Source: an uncultured Candidatus Rokubacteria bacterium (GTDB lineage: Bacteria; Methylomirabilota; Methylomirabilia; Rokubacteriales; CSP1-6). From it: 64,000 nt of DNA. Below the pieces are notes generated by a model. It did not search any database and had not been told where the DNA came from. It worked only from the letters and a program-made list of their open reading frames with translations. This document shows positions 43,079-53,703 of this stretch, piece by piece; position 1 is the stretch's first letter, and the number at the start of each line of letters is the position of its first letter. Made by a program: the position numbers and the translations under genes. The stretch is taken from NCBI GenBank assembly GCA_963747235.1, contig CAVVEU010000039.1:1-64000 (forward strand), given 5' to 3'.

Positions 43079-46000
43079 CCGCCCCGGTCGGCTTCGCGGG
43101 CCGCATGGCCCGGACGTTCATCGACTCCAAGCTGACGCCGCTCGTCGTGCTGGCCTCGCTCCTGCTGGGCCTCTTCGCGATGCTGGCCACGCCGCGCGAG
43201 GAGGAGCCGCAGATCGTGGTGCCGATGACGGACGTGTTCGTCGAGATGCCGGGGGCCGGCGCTCAAGGAGGTCGAGGAGCGCGTCACCATCCCGCTGGAG
43301 AAGAAGCTGAGGGAGATTCCCGGGGTCGAGTACGTCTACTCGACCAGCCAGCCCGGGCCAGCGCTGGCCATCGTGCGCTTCAAGGTCGGCGAGGACGAAG
43401 AGCACAGCATCGTCAAGCTCTACAACAAGATCTGGGCCAACTTCGACCTGATCCCGCCGGGCGCCTCGACAGCCCCTCGTCAAGCCGCGCTCGATCGACG
43501 ACGTGCCGATCCTCGCCCTGACCCTGTGGAGCGACCGCGTGGATCGCGTACACGCTGCGGCGGATCGCGGCGCAGCTCGACGACCAGATCAAGGACATCA
43601 CCGACGTCGCCGAGACCCGGCTCATCGGCGGCGCAGCGACGCCAGGTGCGCGTGCCTGCTCGACCGCGCGCCTGGCGGCCTACCGACTGGCGCCGGGCGG
43701 CCGTGGCTGGCGGCGCTACGGCGAGGCCAACCGCGAGCTGCGGGCCGGGAGCGCTTCGAGCCGCGGCAACCGGGAGTATCTCGTGGACGCCGCGAGTCTT
43801 CCTGGACGGAGCCAGAGCGACGTCGGGCCGGGTGGTCGTCGGGCGTCACGCGGACGGGCGACCGGTGTACCTGCGGGATGTGGCGCCGCATCGATGGACG
43901 GGCCGGAGGAGCCGCGCTCGTACGTCTTCTTCGGCGTCGGCGCGGCGGCCCACACCGCGGCCGCGCAGGGCCACATGGCCCAGGGGCTGGGTGCCCGGCC
44001 GGTCGGCCAGGACTACCCGGCCGTCACCATCTCGGTGGCCAAGCGCAAGGGCACGAACGCCATCGTGATCGCCGAGCAAGGTGCTGGCAAAAGTGCGAGT
44101 CGCTGAAGGGCGTGCCTGATTCCCCGCCGACGTGCAGGTGTCACGGTGACCCGCAACTACGGCGAGACGGCCCAGGGAGAAGTCCAACGAGCTGCTCATG
44201 CACCTGTTCCTGGCGACGGTCTCGGTGACCATCCTGATCGCGCTCTTCCTGGGCTGGCGCGCCGCCGTCGTGGTCCTGTTCGCCGATCCCGGTCACCCTG
44301 GCGCTGACCCTCCTGATCTACTACCTGTACGGCTACACCCTCAACCGCGTCACCCTCTTCGCCCTGATCTTCTCCATCGGCATCCTGGTGGACGACGCCA
44401 TCGTGGTGGTCGAGAACATCCCCCGCCACTTCCACCTGCCGGACAACCACGGGCGGCCGCTGCGTCCGGGTGGCGGTCGAGGCGGTGGACGAGGTCGGCA
44501 ACCCCACCATCCTGGCCACCTTCGCCGTGATCGCCGCGATCCTGCCCATGGCCTTCGTCGGCGGCCTGATGGGCCCCTACATGCGCCCGATCCCGGTCGG
44601 CGCCTCCGTGGCCATGCTCTTCTCGCTCTTCATCGCCTTCATCGTCTCCCCCTGGGCCGCCTACCGCATGCTGAAGGGCGCGCAGCCGCGGCAGCACGGC
44701 CAGCGAGGAGCACGGAGGACTGGACCACCCGGCTCTACCGCCGGCTCATGACGCCGCTGATCCACTCGACTGGAAGCGCCGCTGGCTCTTCCTGGGCGGG
44801 CGTCGTCCTGCTGCTGCTGGCATCCGTGCTCGCTGGTCTATTTCAAGCTGGTGCGCGTCAAGATGCTCCCCTTCGACAACAAGAGCGAGCTGCAGGTGAT
44901 CGTGGACATGCCGGAGGGCACCACGCTGGAGCAGACGGCGCGCGTGACGCCGCGAGATCGGGCGAGCCCTGGCACGGCGCCGCGAGGTGACCGATCTACC
45001 AGCTCTACGTCGGCACCGCGCGCCCTACAACTTCAACGGCCTGGTGCGCCACTACTTCCTGCGTGCGCAGGGCTCCAACCTGGCCGACATCCAGGTCAAC
45101 CTGCTGCCCAAGGACGAGCGCGAGCGACCAGAGCCACGCCATCGCCAGGCGCGTCGCGGCCCGGTATTCAAGCGATCGCCGGACCGGTACGGCGCCCGGG
45201 TCAAGGTGGCGGAGGTCCCGCCGGGACCGCCGGTGCTGCAGACCCTGGTGGCCGAGGTGTACGGCGCCGGACCACGACCGCGCAGCTCGACGCTCGCGCG
45301 CCGAATCCAGGACGTCTTCGAGCAGAACGCCCGGCGTGGTGGACGTGGACTGGTACGTGGAAGATCCCCAGCCCGGCGTACCGCTTCGTCCGTCGACAAG
45401 GAGAAGGCGGCGCTGCTCGGGCATCTCCGCCGAGCAGATGGTCCGGAACCCTGCGCATCGCCTTGGCCGGAGCGAGCCCGGCCTGGCGCACCTCCCGGCG
45501 GAGAAGGAAGACGTGCCGATCTTCGTGCGCCTGCCCCGCGACCAGCGTCAGCGGAGTGGACGCGCTCGCCGGACTCCGCGCTCAAGGGCGGCGAGCGGCG
45601 CGCTGGTGCCGCTCGCCGAGCTGGCGCGGGTGGAGGCCACCGCCGAGCCGCCGCTCGTCTACCGGAAGAACCTCAAGCGCGTCGTCTACGTCACCGGCGA
45701 CGTGGCGGGGCAGGAGGAGAGCCCGGTCTACGCCATCCTCCGGATGAACCGGGAGCTGGACGCCGTGCGCCTGCCCGACGGCCGCCGCATTCCCCGGTAC
45801 GTCGGCCAGCCAGCCGTTCCTCACCGAGCACGCTCGCCATGAAGTGGGACGGGGAGTGGCAGGTCACCTACGAGGTGTTCCGCGACCTGGGGCTCGCCTT
45901 CGGCGCGGTCATGGTGCTGATCTACATCCTGGTGGTGGGCTGGTTCCGCTCGTTCCGGCACCCCGCTCGTGATCATGGCGCCGATCCCGCTCACCCTGGT

Positions 46001-46350
46001 CGGGATCCTGCCCGCCCACGGGCTGCTCGGCGCCTTCTTCACCGCGACGTCGATGATCGGCTTCATCGCCGGGCGCCGGCATCATCGTGCGAAACTCCAT
46101 CATCCTGGTGGACTTCATCGAGCTCCGCAGGGCCCAGGGGATGCCGCTGGACGAGGCCGTCGTGGACGCCGGCGCGGTACGCTTCCGTCCGATGCTGCTC
46201 ACCGCGGCCGCGGTGGTGGTGGGCGCCTCGGTGATCCTGTTCGACCCGATCTTCCAGGGCCTGGCCGTGTCGCTCATGGCGGGCGAGGTGGCCTCGACCC
46301 TGCTGTCCCGCATGGCCGTGCCGGTGCTCTACTACATGGCCGAGAAGTGA
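43075..46350 (+). CDS. RND permease (AcrB family), many small frameshifts
   Basis: [57 protein letters not shown] recovered across frames. Confidence 0.88.
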
Positions 46351-46363
46351 CGAGGAGGCGACT

Positions 46364-46596
46364 CATGCTGCACATCGTCGAATCGCGGAAGCCGCTCGAT
46401 CGCGTCGCCAAGGACCTCGAAGCGGCCGTGGGCCGCCACAAGTTCGGAGTGCTGGGGGTCCACGACCTCCGGGCCAAGATGGCTGAGAAGGGTGTGGCCT
46501 TCGATCGATCTCTACGCGACTCCGGGTCTCAAGGACGTGGCGCGCGAGGTGGAAGCCACGCTGGAGGCGAACATGGCCGAGGCGGCGAGGGACTGA
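46364..46596 (+). pseudogene. DUF302 protein with internal deletion
   Basis: [14 protein letters not shown] joined directly to [12 protein letters not shown]. Confidence 0.65.
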
Positions 46597-46612
46597 GTCG
46601 ACAAGGAGGAGC

Positions 46613-46810
46613 GTGATGAAGCGCAACGTGGGGAATGCCGAGCGAGTTGTGCGCGTGGTCATCGGGGTGGTACTCCTGGCCCTCGTGGTCGTGGGGCCGC
46701 AGACGTGGTGGGGGCTCATCGGGCTGGTGCCGATCGTCACCGCGCTGTGGGGCTGGTGCCCGCTCTGGTCGGCGCTGGGGGTCTCGACGCACCGGCCCGG
46801 CGTGCGCTGA
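46613..46810 (+). CDS. DUF2892 membrane protein
   Basis: [28 protein letters not shown]. Confidence 0.88.
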   Translation: MMKRNVGNAERVVRVVIGVVLLALVVVGPQTWWGLIGLVPIVTALWGWCPLWSALGVSTHRPGVR

Positions 46811-46819
46811 CGGGAGCGC

Positions 46820-47248
46820 ATGGGGCGCTACACGTTTCTCGAGGACGTGGCCCTGGCCGACTGCGCCGTCGAGATCGAGGGGCGGAGCCTCGACGATCTC
46901 TTCGAGACGGCCGCGGCCGCGATCGCGCGCCTCATGGTGGACCCGGCCACGCTGACGATCACGGTCGAGCGCGCGATCACCCTGGAGGCCTCCGAGCTCG
47001 ACATGCTGCTCTACGACTGGCTGTCCGAGATGATCTTTCTCAAGGACCGGGACAGCCAGGTCTTCCCGCACGCCCGGGTGCGGGTGACCGGGGACGGTCC
47101 CTACCGGCTTGCCGCCGACGTCCACGGCGGTACCATCGATCCCGGGCGCACCGCGCTGGGCGCCGATCCGAAGGCGGTCACGCTGCACCAGTTCGCGCTC
47201 GAGCCGGTGGACGGCGGCTGGCGCGCCCGGGTCGTCATCGACATCTAG
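46820..47248 (+). CDS. Archease
   Basis: ALAD..G..LF..A, LLYDWLSE, KAVTLH, ending VIDI. Confidence 0.93.
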   Translation: MGRYTFLEDVALADCAVEIEGRSLDDLFETAAAAIARLMVDPATLTITVERAITLEASELDMLLYDWLSEMIFLKDRDSQVFPHARVRVTGDGPYRLAADVHGGTIDPGRTALGADPKAVTLHQFALEPVDGGWRARVVIDI

Positions 47249-47255
47249 GGAGAGC

Positions 47256-48725
47256 ATGACGATCACCGAGTCGCTGCGCGGGGCGGTTCGACGAGTCGAC
47301 GACTGCATCTGGGAGATCCCGCCGACCGCGAAGCCCGGCATGCTCGTCCCGGCGCGCCTGTACGCCTCCGGGCCGCTGCTCGAGCAGATGGACGACGGCG
47401 TGTTCGAGCAGGTGACCAACGTGGCCTGCCTGCCCGGCATCGTCCGCGCGTCGCTCTGCATGCCGGACGGGCACTGGGGGTACGGCTTCCCGATCGGCGG
47501 CGTCGCCGCCTTTCGCGCCGACTCGGGCGTGATCTCGCCGGGCGGCATCGGCTTCGACATCAACTGCGGGATGCGGCTCATCCGCACGGACCTCAGGGAA
47601 GACGAGGTGCGGCCCCGTCTGCCGGAGCTGATCGGGGCGCTGTTCGGCTCGGTGCCGGCGGGGGTCGGCGCGAAGGGCTTCGTGCGCCTCTCCGGCTCCG
47701 AGTTCAAGAAGGTCATGGTGGAAGGGGCCGGCTGGTGCGTGGCCCGTGGCTACGCGTGGCCCGAGGACCTGGCGCACATCGAGGGCCGCGGCTGCCTGCC
47801 CGGCGCCGATCCCGAGGCGGTGAGCGCCAGAGCCCTGGAGCGAGGGATGGAGCAGCTCGGGACGCTGGGCTCCGGCAACCACTACCTGGAGATCCAGGTG
47901 GTGCGACCGGGCGCCATCCACGACGAGCGCGTGGCGCGCGTGCTCGGCGTGGACGGCCCCGGCCAGGTCTTCGTCATGCTCCACTGCGGCTCGCGCGGGT
48001 TCGGGCATCAGGTCGGCACCGACTACCTCAAGATCTTCGACCGGGCGATGCCGCAGTACGGCATCAGCGTGCGGGATCGCGAGCTGGCGTGCGCGCCCTT
48101 CCGGTCGAAGGAGGGCCAGGCCTACTTCGGCGCCATGACCGCCGCGGCCAACACCGCGTTCGCCAATCGCCAGGTGATCACCCACCGGATCCGGGAGGTG
48201 TTCTCCAAGGTCTTCGGGCGCGACGCGCGCGCGCTGGGGCTCAGCGTGGTCTACGACGTCTGCCACAACACCGCCAAGCTCGAGCGCCACAAGGTGGACG
48301 GCCGGGAGATGGAGCTGGTCGTGCACCGCAAGGGCGCCACGCGCGCCTTCGGCCCGGGCGCGCCCGACGTGCCCGCCGACTACCGGGAGATCGGCCAGCC
48401 GGTGATCATCGGCGGCTCGATGGAGACGGGGTCCGCGCTCCTGGTCGGGACGACGCAGGCCATGGCCGAGACCTGGGGGTCGACGGCTCACGGCGCCGGC
48501 CGCACCATGTCGCGGGCGCAGGCCAAGCGGCAGGTCGGGGGGGAGACCCTGATCCAGGACATGGCGGAGCGCGGGATCATCGTGCGGGCGGCGTCCAAGT
48601 CCGGGGTGGCCGAGGAAGCCGGGTTTGCCTACAAGGACCTCACCGCGGTGGTGGACACGCTCCACCGGCTCGACATCTCGCGACGGGTCGTCTCGCTCAC
48701 GCCGATCGGGAATATCAAGGGCTGA
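47256..48725 (+). CDS. rtcB: RtcB RNA ligase (archaeal/eukaryote-like long form)
   Basis: MPDGHWGYGFPIGG, GFDINCG, LGSGNHY, HCGSRG, HNTAK, HRKGAT, GGSM, HGAGR. Confidence 0.97.
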   Translation: MTITESLRGAVRRVDDCIWEIPPTAKPGMLVPARLYASGPLLEQMDDGVFEQVTNVACLPGIVRASLCMPDGHWGYGFPIGGVAAFRADSGVISPGGIGFDINCGMRLIRTDLREDEVRPRLPELIGALFGSVPAGVGAKGFVRLSGSEFKKVMVEGAGWCVARGYAWPEDLAHIEGRGCLPGADPEAVSARALERGMEQLGTLGSGNHYLEIQVVRPGAIHDERVARVLGVDGPGQVFVMLHCGSRGFGHQVGTDYLKIFDRAMPQYGISVRDRELACAPFRSKEGQAYFGAMTAAANTAFANRQVITHRIREVFSKVFGRDARALGLSVVYDVCHNTAKLERHKVDGREMELVVHRKGATRAFGPGAPDVPADYREIGQPVIIGGSMETGSALLVGTTQAMAETWGSTAHGAGRTMSRAQAKRQVGGETLIQDMAERGIIVRAASKSGVAEEAGFAYKDLTAVVDTLHRLDISRRVVSLTPIGNIKG

Positions 48726-48733
48726 GCGGTCGG

Positions 48734-48848
48734 CGAGGCGCGCGCGCCCCAACCGGGAGCGGCTGCCCCAGCCAGTCCGACGCGCGCCCGGCCAACCCTG
48801 CGTTTTTGCTCGCGCACACAGGCAGAGCCCCGTGGCACTTGCCTTGCA
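48734..48848 (+). promoter_or_regulatory. Sigma-54 promoter module P12
   Basis: UAS CGAGGCGCGCGCGCCCCA 48734-48751 and CCGGGAGCGGCTGCCCCA 48753-48770; TGGCAC-TTGCC-TTGCA 48833-48848. Confidence 0.9.
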
Positions 48849-48890
48849 ATTTCCTGCGTCCGACGGTGCCCGATCGAAAAGGAGAGCATC

Positions 48891-49401
48891 ATGAAGCAGC
48901 TCATCGCGGCCACACTCGGATTTGGAATCATCGTGCTCGGAATCCCGGCGGTCGGCCAACCCGCGGACCAGTGCCCGCCGGAGCTGACCCAGGCGAAGGC
49001 CGCGCTCAAGAGCGCTCAGGCTTCCTAAGAAGGCTCCGCAGGTCGCAAAGGGCCAGGAGATCCAGGCCCCGCGCTCCCCCAAGGCGAGCGCCCGGGCGCA
49101 GGACATCCAGGCGCCGCGGAGTCAGGACATCCAGTCCCCGCGAGGCCAGGACATCCAGTCGCCGCGGAGTCAGGACATCCAGGCGCCGCGCGGCCAGGAC
49201 ATCCAGTCCCCGCGAGGCCAGGATATCCAGTCCCCCCGGAGCCAGCAGGAGATCCCGGTGCCGCGCGGGCAGGAGATCCAGGCGCCGCGGGTGAAGCAGG
49301 CCGGCGGGCTCGTCCAGGAGTCCGAGGCCGCGTGCAAGAAGGGGGACATGGCTCTCTCGACCCGCAAGGCCAAGGAAGCCCTCGGCCTTCTGAAGAAGTA
49401 G
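48891..49401 (+). CDS. Secreted octapeptide-repeat protein (frameshift/stop at about 49026)
   Basis: AAGGAG RBS, signal peptide, Cys, 9 x Q(D/E)IQ(S/A)PR, Cys, TAG 49401. Confidence 0.7.
49054..49293 (+). repeat. 24-nt coding tandem repeat (caggacatccagKcNccgcgNRgY)
   Basis: Six contiguous units 49099-49242, two variant units to 49293, one isolated unit at 49054. Confidence 0.92.
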
Positions 49402-49413
49402 CCGGAGACGCGC

Positions 49414-49542
49414 ATGACGACGCTCAGCTTCTACCGTCGCGTGATCGACGAGACGGGACAGACGGACCGTGAGACCGTGAAGCGCGGCACCGTCCTGGCC
49501 CAGCTCCCCCGCGATCTCAAGGACGTCTGGGAGGATGCGTGA
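49414..49542 (+). pseudogene. DUF2267-like gene with in-frame internal deletion
   Basis: FYRRV..ETVKRGT joined to VLAQLPRDLKDVW; only 42 aa. Confidence 0.55.
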
Positions 49543-49543
49543 G

Positions 49544-49963
49544 ATGAGCCATTCGCCCGCGGGCCTGGCCGTCCCGGTGGAGACCGTGATGACCCGGCGG
49601 ACCGTGCAGATCCTCGAGCAGATCCCGATGTCCGAGGTCCGGAACATCGCGGCGAAGTACGACTACAACGGGTTTCCCGTGGTCACGCAGGACGGTCGCC
49701 TCGTCGGCATGGTGACGAAGGGCGATCTGCTGCGCGTGGCGTGCGCCGCCCTCGACGATCCGGAGGTGTGGGGCCAGCCCGTCTCGCGCTTCATGGCCCA
49801 CGGGGTCCTGGCCCTCCGGCCGATGGACTCGCTGCGCTCGGCGGTGCAGTACATGGTCGAATCGAAGCTCCGCAGCCTGCCCGTCATCGACGCCGACTGC
49901 CGCGTCCTCGGGATGGTCTCGCGCAACGACCTGATGGCGGCGATCGCGCCGGAGGCGGTATGA
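49544..49963 (+). CDS. CBS-pair protein
   Basis: YNGFPVV..GMVTKGDLL; LRSLPVI..GMVSRNDL. Confidence 0.88.
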   Translation: MSHSPAGLAVPVETVMTRRTVQILEQIPMSEVRNIAAKYDYNGFPVVTQDGRLVGMVTKGDLLRVACAALDDPEVWGQPVSRFMAHGVLALRPMDSLRSAVQYMVESKLRSLPVIDADCRVLGMVSRNDLMAAIAPEAV

Positions 49964-50331
49964 AGGGCCGGGCGCGCCGCCTGGACGCCAAGCTGATCGA
50001 CGAGTTCCGCCGCCGGCTTCTCGAGGCGCGCGAGGCGCTGCTCCGGACGGTCGCGGCCACCGACGAGGAGATGGCGGGGCTCGAGGCCCCCGGACCCGGC
50101 GACTCGACGGACCGGGCCGCGACGAACTCGGCCACCTCGCTGGTCTCGCGTCTGGCCGGCCAGGACAAGCGGGAGCTGGACGAGATCGCCGACGCGCTGC
50201 GCCGGCTGGGCTCCCGAGCCTACGGGTTCTGCGAATCGTGCCGGGAGCCCATCGCGCTCCCGCGTCTTCGGGCCGTGCCCGCGACGCGGTTCTGTCTCGC
50301 CTGTCAGGAAGCCGAGGAGGTGGTTTCATGA
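49960..50331 (+). CDS. DksA/TraR C4 zinc-finger protein
   Basis: DSTDRA tip motif, YGFCESC.EPI..RL.AVP..FCLACQ. Confidence 0.92.
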   Translation: MKGRARRLDAKLIDEFRRRLLEAREALLRTVAATDEEMAGLEAPGPGDSTDRAATNSATSLVSRLAGQDKRELDEIADALRRLGSRAYGFCESCREPIALPRLRAVPATRFCLACQEAEEVVS

Positions 50332-50647
50332 TCCGCACGCGCGGTCTTGCTCATCTCGATGGTGCTGCTGGCCTCGTGCGCGCACGCGCAGGACGGCAAG
50401 GGGCTGGTCGGCCAGGGTCGCGCGGTCTTCCGCGACCAGGGCTGCTACGGCTGTCACACCGCGGAGCGGATGGGCACTCCCATCGGACCCGATCTGTCCC
50501 GCATCGGCGCCAAGCGCAATCGAGACCGATCTCACTCGCTGGCTGCGCGATCCGTCCACGCACCGGCCGAGCGCTCACATGCCCAAGCTCCAGCTCACCG
50601 AGGTCGAGGTGCAGGCCCTGGCCGCGTATCTCGGGTCCTTGCGGTGA
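50328..50647 (+). CDS. Small monoheme cytochrome c (frameshifted)
   Basis: CYGCH, IGPDLS, then in another frame WLRDP..HMPKL..ALAAYL. Confidence 0.82.
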
Positions 50648-51117
50648 GGCGGCGCGCCACCGCGCGCGCCCCGAGACCACTCCGGCGGATCCTCCACGCG
50701 ACGGACTTCTCGCCCGCCTCGCGCCCCGCGTTCCGGATGGCGCTGGGGCTCGCGCGGAGCGAGCGCGCGACGCTGCTGCTGCTGCACGTGCTCACGCCGC
50801 CGTCGCCGTTCGCGCCGCCCGGCGGGAAGATCCCGTCCAGCTACCTGGCGCTCATCGACGCCGCCCGGCGGGAGGCCCGGCGCCGGCTCGCCGCGCTGCT
50901 GGAACAGGCGCGCGCGGCGGGCGCCCGCGCGCGGGCCAGGCTCGTGGCGGGAGGCCCCGCGGCCGAGATCCTGAAGGTCGGTCGCGGCTGGCGCCCCGAT
51001 CTCATCGTCATCGGCACGCACGGCCGCGGCGGGGTGCGCCGCTTCCTGATGGGCAGCGTGGCGGAGCACGTGGTGCGACGCGCCTCCCGGCCCGTGCTGA
51101 CGATCCGCGGGCGCTGA
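50644..51117 (+). CDS. Universal stress protein
   Basis: ILHATDFS..LIVIGTHGRGG..MGSVAE. Confidence 0.92.
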   Translation: MRRRATARAPRPLRRILHATDFSPASRPAFRMALGLARSERATLLLLHVLTPPSPFAPPGGKIPSSYLALIDAARREARRRLAALLEQARAAGARARARLVAGGPAAEILKVGRGWRPDLIVIGTHGRGGVRRFLMGSVAEHVVRRASRPVLTIRGR

Positions 51118-51128
51118 TCGGACCGAGC

Positions 51129-52239
51129 GTGGCCCGCCCGCGACACATCGCCGTCGTGACCGCGGGCGGCGACTGCCCCGGCATGAACGCGGCCCTCCGG
51201 GCCGTCGTCCGGGCGGCGGTGCACCGGCACGGCATGCGGGTCACCGGCTTCCTCGACGGCTTCGCGGGCCTCCTCGCGGACCGATCCCGGCCGCTTGGAT
51301 TCGACGAGGTCTCCGGCATCGTCGCGCAGGGCGGGCACCATCCTCGGCGCCTCGAACCGCGACGATCCGTTTCGCGTGCCGGTCGACCGGCCGGGCGAGC
51401 GCGCCTACGAGGACCGCTCCGACGTGGTGCTGAGGACGCTGACGCGGCACGGCATCGAGGGGCTGCTGGTCATCGGCGGTGACGGCAGCTTGACGATCGC
51501 CCGGCGGCTCGAGTCCAAGGGCGTCGCCGTCGTCGGGATCCCCAAGACCATCGACAACGACGTCGGCGGCACCGACGTGTCCCTCGGCTTCGACTCCGCC
51601 CTGACGGTGGCCACCGAGGCCGTGGACCGGCTGCACACCACGGCGGCGTCTCACCACCGGGTCATGGTGGTGGAGGTGATGGGGCGAAATGCCGGATGGA
51701 TCGCGCTCGAGGCGGGGCTGGCCGGCGGCGGAGACGTCATCCTGATCCCCGAGATCCCGTTTCGCTACGAGGCGGTCGCGGCCGGGATCCTCGAGCGCGC
51801 TCGGCGCGGGCGCCGGTTCTCGATCGTCGTGGTGGCCGAGGGAGTCGTCGTGCCCGGGCGGGGGCCCGTGGTTCGCCAGATCGTCGGGGACAGCCCGGAT
51901 CCCGTGCGGCTCGGCGGCGTGGGCGTGGTGCTGGCGAACGCCCTCGAGGGCCTCGTCCCGTTCGAGGTGCGCTACGTGGTGCTCGGCCACGTCCAGCGAG
52001 GTGGCTCGCCCACTCCGTTCGACCGGATCCTGGCGACCCGCTTCGGCGCCGCGGCGGTCGCCGCCCTGGTGGACGGGGAGTCGGGCCGCATGGTCGCGCT
52101 CCGGGGCGCCCGGATCGAGCGCGTCCCGCTGGCGGATGTCCTCTCGCGGCCGAATCGGGTGGATCCGCAGGGTGAGCGCGTGGTCGCCGCCCGCGGCATC
52201 GGCACGATCTTCGGGGACGAGACCGGAACGGAGGCATGA
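51129..52239 (+). CDS. pfkA: 6-phosphofructokinase, PfkA family (frameshift near 51330)
   Basis: GGDCPGMN, IGGDGS, PKTIDND, EVMGR, LGHVQRGG. Confidence 0.93.
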
Positions 52240-53230
52240 AGGCCGCCGTTCTCTCCGCTCCGCCCGGCGCCATCACGCGCGCTCTGGAGATCCGCGACGT
52301 CCCGGACCCGGAACTCGGCCCCCGGGCACTGTCTCCTGAGAGTGCTCGCCTGTGGCGTGTGCCGGACGGACCTGCACCTGGTCGAGGGAGACCTGGGGCC
52401 GGTCCGTGATCGCCTGATTCCGGGTCATCAGATCGTGGGCGAGGTGATCGGCGGCGCGACGGACGGGCTTGCCTCACGGCACGCGCGTCGGGGTCTCGTG
52501 GCTGGGCGGGACGGACGGGGACTGCCGCTATTGCCGGAGCGGCCACGAGAACCTGTGCGACTCGCCCACCTTCACCGGCTTCACGGTGGACGGCGGCTAC
52601 GCGGAATACGCGCTCGCCCGCCGCGATTTCGTGTTTCCGTTACCCGGGGCGCTGGACGATCTCCAGGCGGCGCCACTGCTCTGCGCCGGGATCATCGGCT
52701 TCCGCAGCCTGCGGGTGGCCGGCGTGGAAGCCGGCGAGCGCGTCGGCCTGTTCGGGTTCGGGGCGTCCGCGCATCTGGCGCTTCCCGTGCTGCAATCGTG
52801 GCACTGCGAGGTGTTCGTCTCCACCCGGGGCGCGTCGCACCGCCGGCTGGCGGTCTCCCTCGGGGCCACGTGGGTCGGCGATGACAAGCAGCGCCCGCCC
52901 GTCCCGCTCGATCGGGCGATCACGTTCGCTCCCAGCGGCGATGTCGTCGTCGCGGCCCTCGCGAGCCTGCGCAAGGGCGGTGTGGTGGCGATCAATGCCA
53001 TTCATCTGGATCGCATGCCCGAGTTCGACTACGACCGCCTGCTGTGGGGCGAGCGGCAGATCCGGAGCGTGACGAACATGACGCGAGCGGATGCGCGGGA
53101 GTTCCTTCAGGTTGCGAGCGCGATCGGTCTCCGGCCCTCGGTGACCGTCTTCCCGCTCGATCGCGCGAACGAGGCGCTCCGCGCGATCAAGGACAATGCG
53201 ATCGACGGCGCGGCCGTCATCGTTCCGTAG
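52236..53230 (+). CDS. Zinc-dependent alcohol dehydrogenase (frameshifts near 52320 and 52470)
   Basis: CGVCRTDLH, PGHQIVG, CRYC..ENLC, APLLCAG, GFGASA. Confidence 0.9.
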
Positions 53231-53305
53231 GCAGGGAGCGGATCCCGTCAAGATGCGAGGCGGCGACCCGCCGTTCCCGGGGTATCATCTCGGCCACGGG
53301 GTGCC

Positions 53306-53674
53306 ATGGCTCGCCAGGTCGAGGATATGCCCACCAGGACGTTCAAGGCCGGAGCCGTCATCTTCCGCCAAGGTGACCGCGTCGCGACCGGAGAGGCGTA
53401 CCTGGTGCAGAATGGTACCGTCGAGGTGCGGCGACGAACCGGCGGGAAGGAGCGAGTCCTCCGAACCCTCCGCAAGGGCGACCTGCTGGGCGAGGTTGCC
53501 CTGTTCGGGCGGGACCCTCACTCGGCCACCGCGGTGGCGGTCGAGCAGGTCGTGCTCCTGGTCATCCCGGCCGACCGGCTCGAGCAGATCGTTCGCGCGA
53601 AACCCGATCTGGCGATCGCGCTCATTCGTCAACTGGCCCGCATGGCGGCACGTGACGGTGATTCCGCCCCGTAG
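53306..53674 (+). CDS. Stand-alone cyclic-nucleotide-binding domain protein
   Basis: IFRQGD, GTVEV, LGEVALF..HSATAVA; no HTH. Confidence 0.85.
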   Translation: MARQVEDMPTRTFKAGAVIFRQGDRVATGEAYLVQNGTVEVRRRTGGKERVLRTLRKGDLLGEVALFGRDPHSATAVAVEQVVLLVIPADRLEQIVRAKPDLAIALIRQLARMAARDGDSAP

Positions 53675-53703
53675 CACTGGGCCGGCACCGAGGCGCCGGC
53701 CGC

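Noticed and set aside
43075-46350. Programmed frameshifting or pseudogenisation of the RND gene (also pfkA, adh, cls, kinase, cbaA)
   Set aside because: Dense single-base indels with otherwise conserved, full-length sequence fit long-read consensus errors; this needs read-level confirmation.
49054-49293. CRISPR array
   Set aside because: The units are contiguous with no unique spacers, vary at third codon positions, and there are no cas genes; this is a coding repeat.
50347-51117. Cytochrome c-USP fusion
   Set aside because: A frameshift near 50530 creates it; the cytochrome ends at TGA 50647, overlapping the USP GTG at 50644.
53306-53674. CRP/FNR regulator as the master switch
   Set aside because: Only a cNMP-binding domain with no HTH, and the promoters are sigma-54 type, which need an AAA+ activator.
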